NCBI GenBank assembly: GCA_044351795.1
Contig: JBILFA010000001.1
Coordinates: 28,094-92,093 of the forward strand
Length of the DNA stretch: 64,000 nucleotides
Reading direction: 5' to 3'
Source: Bdellovibrionota bacterium
GTDB lineage: Bacteria; Bdellovibrionota_C; UBA2361; OMII01
The position numbers were made by a program, and so were the translations under genes. Positions 56,098 through 64,000 of this stretch are shown one piece after another. The notes beneath the pieces were generated by a model. It had not been told where the DNA came from and made no database searches. It saw only the letters and a list, made by a program, of their open reading frames with translations. Position 1 is the stretch's first letter; the number at the start of each line of letters is the position of its first letter.

Positions 56098-57692
56098 ACA
56101 TGACTCTTACTTCCGGAACGCTTGTCGAGGTGCCGGTGACACCTCAATCGCAAAGTTCACTTGGCGTAGTTGTCTCTGAGCTTGACCGGGAAGAAGTAGA
56201 GTGCATCCTACTTTCGAAGTCTCCGATCAGTGAGTTCTCTGTGCGGATATTTTCCGGGGGCTCGGATTGCTGCATGTACGCCGATCTGCGGCATGTGCTG
56301 GTACGAAAAGAGTCTGAGCTCATTGAAAGCTCCTCCACTATCTCTGAAGGGGATTTCGATAATCTGTTGCGACAGCTTGTTAGAACCGGTGTAGAACGCT
56401 ACTACCGCGCAACTCACAAGAAAAAAACTCAGTCAGCATTCGCCGAAGGGGCAAGAGTTCCGTATGCCGGCCGAGTCTTTGATCATTCCGAAATGCTCAT
56501 GCTTACTGAAGCATCGCTCGATTTTTGGCTGACTTCCGGAAGATTTTCAGACACTTTCGAACGCGAATTTGCTAGTAGGTTAGGGGTGAGATTCGCAGCG
56601 CTGGTAAACTCCGGATCCTCCGCGAATTTACTGGCCTTCAGCTCACTGACGTCTGAGCTTCTCGGAGAAGACCGGATTAGAGCAGGTGATGAGGTAATCA
56701 CCGTCGCTGCCGGCTTTCCAACTACTGTAAGCCCGATTTTTCAGACCGGCTGCACGCCGGTGTTCGTCGATGTCACAGTCGATGACGGAACATACAACAT
56801 TGACACAGAGGCACTCGAAGCTGCGATTACAGATCGTACCAGAGCAGTCATGGTGGCGCACACGCTCGGAAACCCCATAAACCTGGACGTTGTGGGCGCA
56901 CTGTGTGAAAAGCACGATCTTTGGCTCGTCGAAGACAATTGTGATGCGCTAGGATCCCGCTACCGCAATAAACTGACAGGAACCTTCGGGGACATAGCCA
57001 CCAGCAGCTTCTATCCTCCCCACCACCTTACCATGGGAGAAGGGGGTGCGGTGTATTCGAACAACGTGCGTTTGCGAAAGATCGTCGAATCGCTCCGCGA
57101 TTGGGGGCGTGATTGCTGGTGTCCAGCCGGAAAAGACAATACGTGCGGCAAACGTTTCTGCCACCAGCTTGGCACCCTGCCTAAGGGATACGACCACAAA
57201 TACATATACCGTCATTTCGGTTACAATTTAAAAGCAACTGACCTGCAGGCCGCCATCGGGTGCGCGCAGCTAGATAAACTCGATTCGTTCGTTGAGGCTC
57301 GCCGCCGGAACTGGCAAGAACTCCGAGATGGGCTCGCGAACCTTCAGGATTTCTTCGTCCTTCCGGAACCAACTCCTCACTCAGCGCCGAGCTGGTTCGG
57401 CTTCCTATTGACGGTCCGAGACGACGCCCCATTTACCCGAAATGCTCTGGTAGAACATCTTGAACTAAAGAATATTCAGACCAGAATGCTCTTCGCCGGC
57501 AACCTGCTCCGCCATCCTCTCTTCGATGAGCTGCGGTCGCGAGGCGGCGGATACCGCGTGGTCGGTGACCTTCGTAATTCTGATCGAATACTGGAAAAGA
57601 CATTTTGGGTTGGAGTATATCCAGGACTCAAACCCGGAATGACGGACTACATGATTCAAACTATTAGGGATTTCGCTCTACAATCACGTTGA
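56094..57692 (+). CDS. rfbH: CDP-6-deoxy-D-xylo-4-hexulose-3-dehydrase (E1)-like PLP/PMP enzyme (RfbH/DdhC family), with about 90-aa N-terminal extension
   Basis: …[30 protein letters not shown]…[12 protein letters not shown]…[15 protein letters not shown]… DegT-fold. Extra N-terminal segment relative to typical RfbH. Confidence 0.75.
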   Translation: MNMTLTSGTLVEVPVTPQSQSSLGVVVSELDREEVECILLSKSPISEFSVRIFSGGSDCCMYADLRHVLVRKESELIESSSTISEGDFDNLLRQLVRTGVERYYRATHKKKTQSAFAEGARVPYAGRVFDHSEMLMLTEASLDFWLTSGRFSDTFEREFASRLGVRFAALVNSGSSANLLAFSSLTSELLGEDRIRAGDEVITVAAGFPTTVSPIFQTGCTPVFVDVTVDDGTYNIDTEALEAAITDRTRAVMVAHTLGNPINLDVVGALCEKHDLWLVEDNCDALGSRYRNKLTGTFGDIATSSFYPPHHLTMGEGGAVYSNNVRLRKIVESLRDWGRDCWCPAGKDNTCGKRFCHQLGTLPKGYDHKYIYRHFGYNLKATDLQAAIGCAQLDKLDSFVEARRRNWQELRDGLANLQDFFVLPEPTPHSAPSWFGFLLTVRDDAPFTRNALVEHLELKNIQTRMLFAGNLLRHPLFDELRSRGGGYRVVGDLRNSDRILEKTFWVGVYPGLKPGMTDYMIQTIRDFALQSR

Positions 57693-57760
57693 ACCCAATA
57701 CTCACGCCGCTGAATCTTAATCCCGAGGGTCGTTGCACCTAGACCCTGGGAGGATCGGGC

Positions 57761-60211
57761 ATGTGCGGCATTACGGGAATTTATTCGTTCAAAGGACCAG
57801 TCTCTCAAGAGGCTGTGGAGAGGTTTACTGATGCCCTCGAACATCGCGGCCCTGATGGTCGCGGTATACACATAGACGGTGAAGTCGGACTCGGACATCG
57901 ACGTCTTGCGATCCTAGACCTCTCAGACGCGGGCAAGTGCCCCATGCGCTACGTAACTCCATCTGGTCGCGAGCTGTACATTACATTCAACGGCGAGATT
58001 TACAATTTTCTCGAGATTCGACGCGAACTAATTACAAAGGGCTATCGATTCATTAGCAACACCGACACCGAAGTTATAATCGCTGCCTATGCTGAATGGG
58101 GAGAAAAATGCCTCTCTCGTTTCAATGGAATGTGGGCATTCGCTATATTTGACCCTTTATCGCGTGAACTTTTCTTGAGTCGCGATAGGTTCGGCGTAAA
58201 GCCTCTCTATCTTCATACCTCGTCGAAACTCGTAGCCTTTGCGTCGGAGATCAAGGCGTTCCTCTCGATACCGGAGATGACACTTACATTCAATGAAAAT
58301 ATCGTCCGGCCTCTATGGGAACGCTACCGATATGACGGGAGGACACCGGACACTGCCGCTAGTGAGATAATCTCCATTCCTGCCGGACACAATGTTCGGA
58401 TTAGCAAGGATGGTCGAGTCGATCTTAAGCAGTGGTGGGATACTTCCGCCGTTCTCCCGATAGTACCCGACTCTTACGAGGAGCAGATTGAGCTATTTCG
58501 CGAATTATTCCTCGACGCAGTACGCATTCGAATGCGAAGCGATGTTCCGGTGGCTACATGCTTGAGCGGTGGGATCGACTCTAGTGCAGTTGCGGTGGCG
58601 ATGCATTATTTGAAGACCAGCGGCACTGACTGCGGAGAGCGAAGCGCTGTAGACTGGCAAAATTCCTTCGTGGCGACGTTTCCCGGCACATTTCTGGATG
58701 AGCAGAAATACGCACAGGTTGTTATTAAGCGCATTGGCGCTACGCCACACTATCTTCCGATAGGCTCTGATTGTGCTCTGCCCTTCATCGTCGAGAATGT
58801 GTGGTGCCTCGATGAACCTACGGCCGGCTTAGCCACCTCGGTGTGGATGCTCTACAGGTTGATGCGCGAACGTCAGATAGTAGTATCGCTCGATGGCCAC
58901 GGCGGTGATGAGTTATTGGGCGGCTATGCGTGGTACATGAACGCGCCCCATGCACTACTCAATCGAACTTTGTACTCTGATTTCCATTATGACTTACTGC
59001 CTACAATCCTAAGAAACTACGACCGTTGCTCTATGGCCCACGGCATTGAAGTTCGGATGCCGCTCATGGACTACCGACTCGTAGCGCTTGCCCACGCGTT
59101 ACCGGCATCTGCTAAGCTGGGTGGCGGCTTCACCAAGCGCATTCTTCGGGATGCTACAAGAGATCTACTTCCAGAGCAGATCCGGACTCGTCAGGGGAAA
59201 ATAGGCTTTAACTCACCACTAATAGAGTGGCTCAATGGCGATTTGGTTCATCTACTAGAGAAGGTTTTCAACCATGATGCCTTCTTGTCTCTTCCTCATT
59301 TCGATACAAAGCAGATTCGAGAAGAAATTCTGACTCGCTGCCGCGCCAAATCCTGGCGACGTGAGGATTGGGATCTAGCTTACAAGGTGACAGTCCTACT
59401 AAACCTTAGCGTCTGGAGAATGCTCTTCATCGAACGATGTGGAACCTCACTCGAAGACTGGCTACCTCGAGCGACAGGCGTGGTAAGTGAACATCGTCGA
59501 GAATATGAGTGTCGCGAAGTCTCGGATTTTCAGAGTGCAGAGCTAGACGTCGTCTGCCTGGTTAAACCGGGGCGCCCCTCTCCCGATTGGGTCGGTGTGA
59601 TGACGGCATTAGCGGATGCTCAAGCGAATAAGCCGCTAGAGTGTGGCGTGAGACTGCACTTTGACCCCTGGCCGGAAACTCCCGGAGCGCTGATGAAAAA
59701 TAGGTGCGGGGGTCCGGACGAGTATGTTCGAAACCGCGCACGGCAGGAGATATTCGTGGTTTTAGACCCAGCCGATCCGCTACCTGAAAGCTGTGACCGA
59801 ATCATCGCTCTCCGAGGCCTCAATCTAACTATGCACTGCGCGAGTGACTCATTCAGCACCGCCACAGAGCTTATCGACAAGCTCCTGAAGTTAATAACTA
59901 ACGAACCTTCTAAGGATAAGGAGCAGTCGCCGCCAGCACAAAGGACAGTTCCTGCTGCGTCTGTGAATGTGCTGGTGTCACAGGCGCTCGACGCACTGAA
60001 AAACCGCGACATTAACGGGGCCCAGGTTCTTATAGACGAAGCTCTTGAGTTCAATATCTCTGTGCGGGATCTCTACTTTGTTAAGGGATTGATATGCCTT
60101 GAGCTGCGACAAATAACTGAAGCTAAGGCTGCGCTGAGTGCTGAGTTGGCGGCATACCCGGAGCGTACTGACGTCCAAGTAGTTTTAAGTGAGATATTAC
60201 CGCAACTATAA
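57761..60211 (+). CDS. asnB: asparagine synthase (glutamine-hydrolysing)-like amidotransferase with about 200-aa C-terminal extension ending in a TPR-like motif
   Basis: MCGITGIYSF, HRRLAILDLS, CLSGGIDSSAV. C-terminal about 200 aa beyond the usual AsnB end, with a TPR-like helix pair (…AQVLIDEALEFNISVRDLYFVKGLICLELRQITEAKAALSAELAAYPERTD). Confidence 0.8.
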   Translation: MCGITGIYSFKGPVSQEAVERFTDALEHRGPDGRGIHIDGEVGLGHRRLAILDLSDAGKCPMRYVTPSGRELYITFNGEIYNFLEIRRELITKGYRFISNTDTEVIIAAYAEWGEKCLSRFNGMWAFAIFDPLSRELFLSRDRFGVKPLYLHTSSKLVAFASEIKAFLSIPEMTLTFNENIVRPLWERYRYDGRTPDTAASEIISIPAGHNVRISKDGRVDLKQWWDTSAVLPIVPDSYEEQIELFRELFLDAVRIRMRSDVPVATCLSGGIDSSAVAVAMHYLKTSGTDCGERSAVDWQNSFVATFPGTFLDEQKYAQVVIKRIGATPHYLPIGSDCALPFIVENVWCLDEPTAGLATSVWMLYRLMRERQIVVSLDGHGGDELLGGYAWYMNAPHALLNRTLYSDFHYDLLPTILRNYDRCSMAHGIEVRMPLMDYRLVALAHALPASAKLGGGFTKRILRDATRDLLPEQIRTRQGKIGFNSPLIEWLNGDLVHLLEKVFNHDAFLSLPHFDTKQIREEILTRCRAKSWRREDWDLAYKVTVLLNLSVWRMLFIERCGTSLEDWLPRATGVVSEHRREYECREVSDFQSAELDVVCLVKPGRPSPDWVGVMTALADAQANKPLECGVRLHFDPWPETPGALMKNRCGGPDEYVRNRARQEIFVVLDPADPLPESCDRIIALRGLNLTMHCASDSFSTATELIDKLLKLITNEPSKDKEQSPPAQRTVPAASVNVLVSQALDALKNRDINGAQVLIDEALEFNISVRDLYFVKGLICLELRQITEAKAALSAELAAYPERTDVQVVLSEILPQL

Positions 60212-60371
60212 CCCGGACTGAAGCCTGAGAATGCCCCTATGACGACATCAAATCCATCGGTGGACGAGGTGAATTTCGACGGAGGCCGCACTCTTGCTGA
60301 TTAGGTTTCGGAGACTCCTCAGGTTCACTGCGCATCTACAATATCAAACCTTCTAGCGGGCAGGTGCTCTC

Positions 60372-61838
60372 ATGCGATTTCTTCAGTTCTTCAATATCTA
60401 TGATACATGTCTGCAAGAGATGGCCAGACAGGATCAGCTATTACACTCTAGACCCTTCGAAGAGCAGATGCACCGTATGTGGCAGTTTGGGTTTAGTTCG
60501 GGCTATCTGTTTGCGCCATATATGAAGGATCTCGGATACGAGACTAACTTCATTGTTCCAAATTGCCGATCATCACAACTAAAGTGGGCGGAGGAGCACG
60601 GTATAAAACTACAGCACCCTCATCATTGGATGTATGAAGTAGCTTGGCACCAAGTTAACTTCTATCGTCCGGATATCATATTCTTTACCGAGCCGCTCGA
60701 TTTGGATAGCCGGTTCGTAAGAATGTTGGCTCATAAACCCAAAATGGTTCTAGGCTGGCGCGCGTCAATAATCCCTCCGGGTACTGATTGGTCTGAGTTT
60801 GATATTATCCTGAGCAACCTCAGCGCTCTGCGCCAGGTCGCTCTCCGTCTCGGAGCAAAGACCGCTGCCCATTTTTGGCCGGGATTCGAGCGCCGGTTGG
60901 CGGAAGCTGTTCAACACGAAGAAATAAAGCACGACGTTGTCTTCTGCGGGCAATGGTCGAAAGGACACGAGAAAAGAAACAAACTCGTCGCAGAACTCTC
61001 GGAAAAGGATGAGGCTGGAGAGCTCGGATTCTCGCTAGGCGTCTTCGCCAGCGGGAACCTATCGGATATGCCCCCCAACGTACGCTCCCGCGCCCTAGGC
61101 GCACGATTCGGTGTCGATTACTACCGCACCATCCGATCTGCGCATGTAGCCCTTGACGCGCGCGGAACTGAGCTCGTTGTTCCAGACCCCATCACGGGTA
61201 AGTCGCTGGATCTTTTCCGCGGTGAAACGGGAACAAATAGAATGCTTGAGGTCACTGGAGTGGGAACCGCGCTCATGGCGGAGCACTACGATGTCTTAAC
61301 GAAGTATTTTGAGATTGGAACAGAAATAGAAACCTTCAGGTCACTGGATGAGCTTATTGAGAAATGCCGCTATTTAAAAGATCACCCGCGAGAGCGTGAC
61401 GAAATGGCCCGTAGAGGACACGGGCGGTGTATGCGAGATCACTCAATGGAGGTCCGCGTGCGAGAACTCGATGAACTCATGAAGCGGTACATGAATCGGG
61501 GCCGACTCTCGTCTGGTAGACAAAGTGAACAGAGTTCGGCTATAGCCGCAGCAGAACGCTACATTGCGACTGGTCAGTGCGAACAGGCGCTAGACATCTT
61601 AACTCCTTTTACTGAGGATGTGCAGATTACGAGGGGGCTGTTTTTAACGAGAGGAAAGGCACTACTTGCTCTCGGTCGGCTTAAAGAAGCTAGTAACAGT
61701 TTAGAGCGCGAAGTACTCGTTTACCCGGACAACAACGAGGCCCGCACCCTACTTGAGCAAAACGAGCGGCAACTTACGTTTCACGTTTCGCCCCCGGCAT
61801 TCTCCTCGCAGGATATCATTCGAAGCCTCGTTGATTAG
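60372..61838 (+). CDS. CgeB-like / DUF3880-type glycosyltransferase with C-terminal TPR-like segment (putative)
   Basis: C-terminal GT-B-like region (…ELIEKCRYLKDHPRERDEMARRGHGRCMRDHSMEVRVRELDELM) typical of the CgeB family; low certainty. Confidence 0.45.
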   Translation: MRFLQFFNIYDTCLQEMARQDQLLHSRPFEEQMHRMWQFGFSSGYLFAPYMKDLGYETNFIVPNCRSSQLKWAEEHGIKLQHPHHWMYEVAWHQVNFYRPDIIFFTEPLDLDSRFVRMLAHKPKMVLGWRASIIPPGTDWSEFDIILSNLSALRQVALRLGAKTAAHFWPGFERRLAEAVQHEEIKHDVVFCGQWSKGHEKRNKLVAELSEKDEAGELGFSLGVFASGNLSDMPPNVRSRALGARFGVDYYRTIRSAHVALDARGTELVVPDPITGKSLDLFRGETGTNRMLEVTGVGTALMAEHYDVLTKYFEIGTEIETFRSLDELIEKCRYLKDHPRERDEMARRGHGRCMRDHSMEVRVRELDELMKRYMNRGRLSSGRQSEQSSAIAAAERYIATGQCEQALDILTPFTEDVQITRGLFLTRGKALLALGRLKEASNSLEREVLVYPDNNEARTLLEQNERQLTFHVSPPAFSSQDIIRSLVD

Positions 61839-62547
61839 GAAAATGTGTGCTGACCGTGCAAGTACCTACCCTCGCAAATGCACGCTAAACACTGTCGATT
61901 CCTGTCATGTCCATGGATCGCAGCCTCTGCAAGCGTCGATCGGTAGAATAACTTTTTGGCTAACTGGCGCAGAGGCGCGTGAAAAACGCGGAGAAGACAG
62001 ATAAAGATTGCGGAAGGTCAGCCGATAGGACCTTGGCCTCTGCGGCGAGAGGATCTGATAGATCCCTATCAAGGTGCCTGCTCCTCATTTTTTGAAAGCG
62101 GTGTATGTAGGTAGTGGCGACTACGTGAGCCCTGCGAATCAAGTAATCACCGCTACCGGGATTAGTGCTTAGTGTCCGCCCTAAGAGACAGGTATTTTTT
62201 TCCAATTCATCGGTAGGAGGCTGACGGCGGTATCCTCTGAGGGCACGTTTACTCTAGCGAGTACACCTGGGAGCCACTCTCAAGGATTCACTTTATGTTC
62301 GGGTCGTGATCCGGCAGCCCCCTGCAGCACGACGTAAGCACCGTGAATCGCTCCCTCCTGAAGGTCGCACCTTGGAAAGCGAGGGGCAAGTCCTACTGGT
62401 AGGGAGAACGTGGGCGGTTTTGTCTGGCTTGCATAGGCTCCTCCTCTACTTTCTCGCACTGTAAAGAGCCGGATAGCGACACTGCGTTGCTTGACGAGCG
62501 TCACGGCCCAGGTGAGTCATGCGCGCTAGCGTTCTCGGTAGATTAGA

Positions 62548-63909
62548 TTGCGGATGCGTGGGAGATATGCGGTGACTATTTGGAAAGATGTCGATCTCAT
62601 CACACGCTCTATCGGTGACACACCGCATTCTGTGGACACCATCTATCAGTACCTCCAGCCTCTGGTTCGCGATGCTCGCGTTGTGATGTTTGGGGAGGCA
62701 ACTCACGGTACTGAGGAATTCTATGCAGTTCGGGCAGAGCTGACCAAAAGGTTGATTGAAGAGCACGGCTTTAATCTCATCGGTATCGAGGCCGACTGGC
62801 CTGAAGCCTATGCGATCAATCGCTTCGTGCGGGGACGTGATGGAGAGATCTCTGCCAATCCCGCTCTGCAACTGTTTACTAGATTCCCGACTTGGATGTG
62901 GGCTAATACGGCGGTGCGCTCGTTTGTTGAGTGGCTCCGAGGGTACAATGATGAGCGGTCCGAGAATAGACGTGTCGGAATGTACGGGTTGGATCTATAT
63001 AGCCTTTTCAGCTCGGTGGATTCAGTGTTGGGGTATCTCGAGGTCGTTGACCCGAATGCGGTACGTACAGCTCGAGAGCGATACTCGTGCTTCAAGCACT
63101 ACACCAGCGATGCTCAAGGTTACGGTTTCGCCGCGAGCCTTGGATTGACACCTGGTTGCGAGGATCGCGCCGTTGAACAACTCAAGGAATTGCGGGCGCG
63201 AAGGTGGGAGTATCTTCAATCAGACGGACTTCTTGCTGAGGATGCACAATTTAGCGCCGAACAGAATGCGTTGATCGTCGTAAATGCCGCAGCATACTAC
63301 CACGCCATGTTCAGGCAGCCTCACACGACGTGGAATCTCCGTGACACTCACATGTTCGATACGCTGGACGCACTCATGCAGCACCAAGAGCAGCTCGGTC
63401 AGTACACACGGGCGGTGGTCTGGGAACACAACTCTCATATCGGAGATTCGCGCGCGACTGAGTTTGCACAGCGCGGGCAGCTCAATATTGGACAACTGGC
63501 GAGGCAGAAGTTCGGAAGTGCTTGTTGCCTGATAGGCTTCACCACCTACGAAGGCACCGTGATGGCGGCACCCGAATGGGGAGCCCCTGGAGAGGTTAAA
63601 ACCGTCAGAGAGGCTCTGCAGGGAAGTTTCGAAGACCTGCTGCACAGGGTTGGATCCGAGCAGTTCATCCTTCCTGTGCGAGGGAACAGTGTTCTGTCGA
63701 CGATGCTTGCACGGCCGCGTCTGGAGCGAGCGATAGGAGTCGTATACCACCCGCACTCCGAGCGCTACAGTCACTACTTTAACGCCCGACTAAGCGAGCA
63801 GTTCGACGCTGTCATACACATCGATGCCACTCATGCAGTTACTCCGATCACCGTTAAGTCAGAACCTCTTCTCGATGAGCCGCCGGAAACCTTTCCGAGC
63901 GGCGTGTAG
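62548..63909 (+). CDS. erythromycin-esterase (Ere)-family protein
   Basis: N-terminal VVMFGEATHGTEEFYAVRAELTKRLIEEHGFNLIGIEADWPEA, characteristic of the erythromycin esterase family. Confidence 0.7.
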   Translation: MRMRGRYAVTIWKDVDLITRSIGDTPHSVDTIYQYLQPLVRDARVVMFGEATHGTEEFYAVRAELTKRLIEEHGFNLIGIEADWPEAYAINRFVRGRDGEISANPALQLFTRFPTWMWANTAVRSFVEWLRGYNDERSENRRVGMYGLDLYSLFSSVDSVLGYLEVVDPNAVRTARERYSCFKHYTSDAQGYGFAASLGLTPGCEDRAVEQLKELRARRWEYLQSDGLLAEDAQFSAEQNALIVVNAAAYYHAMFRQPHTTWNLRDTHMFDTLDALMQHQEQLGQYTRAVVWEHNSHIGDSRATEFAQRGQLNIGQLARQKFGSACCLIGFTTYEGTVMAAPEWGAPGEVKTVREALQGSFEDLLHRVGSEQFILPVRGNSVLSTMLARPRLERAIGVVYHPHSERYSHYFNARLSEQFDAVIHIDATHAVTPITVKSEPLLDEPPETFPSGV

Positions 63910-64000
63910 TCAGGTGAAGAGTGCACAGTGGTTTTGTTCACAGTCTGAGGTCGTGTGACGATCAGCGGGCTTGACAGTAGAAGGATCGAGACATGTATCA

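Noticed and set aside
1-64000. tRNA/rRNA genes
   Set aside because: No sequence with the conserved T-loop (GGTTCGAATCC-like) and acceptor-stem architecture outside coding regions, and no rRNA-like stretches were seen on reading the window.

Overview
This window is a mosaic of polysaccharide (O-antigen/EPS-type) biosynthesis genes (about 1–10.7 kb and 38–64 kb) interrupted by two accessory blocks. Organism unknown; GC is moderately high, and function calls rest on recognisable motifs in the supplied ORF translations.

The polysaccharide genes include GT2, GT4 and GT61-like glycosyltransferases, SAM/FkbM methyltransferases, a Wzx-like flippase, an SGNH hydrolase and two AsnB-type amidotransferases. 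There is a WbpB/WbpD/WbpE trio for UDP-2,3-diacetamido-2,3-dideoxy-glucuronate, and a ddhA/ddhB/ddhC (RfbF/G/H) CDP-dideoxyhexose start.

(1) A ~15 kb toxin–antitoxin/defence island (~10.9–26.2 kb) carries Fic, AbiEi/AbiEii (toxin disrupted), two DUF4143 AAA+ ATPases, Phd plus a truncated ParE, HipBA, an HTH plus nucleotidyltransferase pair, and an uncharacterised translationally coupled two-gene operon. Its modules are separated by at least 9 copies of one repeat: 5'-truncated, 3'-conserved fragments of the C-terminus of a Gfo/Idh/MocA-type oxidoreductase gene, each followed by GC-rich REP-like hairpins (GGCGACCG-N4-CGGTCGCC family). One copy has demonstrably truncated the parE toxin gene. 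The island ends in an IS200-like Y1 (RAYT-type) transposase flanked by a different perfect palindrome (GGGAAAGTCGTG/CACGACTTTCCC).

(2) A compatible-solute/photoprotection block (~28–38 kb) holds a cryptochrome/photolyase with a coupled small ORF, an HPF-like protein, a GH65 phosphorylase with beta-phosphoglucomutase, and a divergent GT4 synthase / HAD-IIB phosphatase pair.

No tRNA, rRNA or CRISPR was seen.
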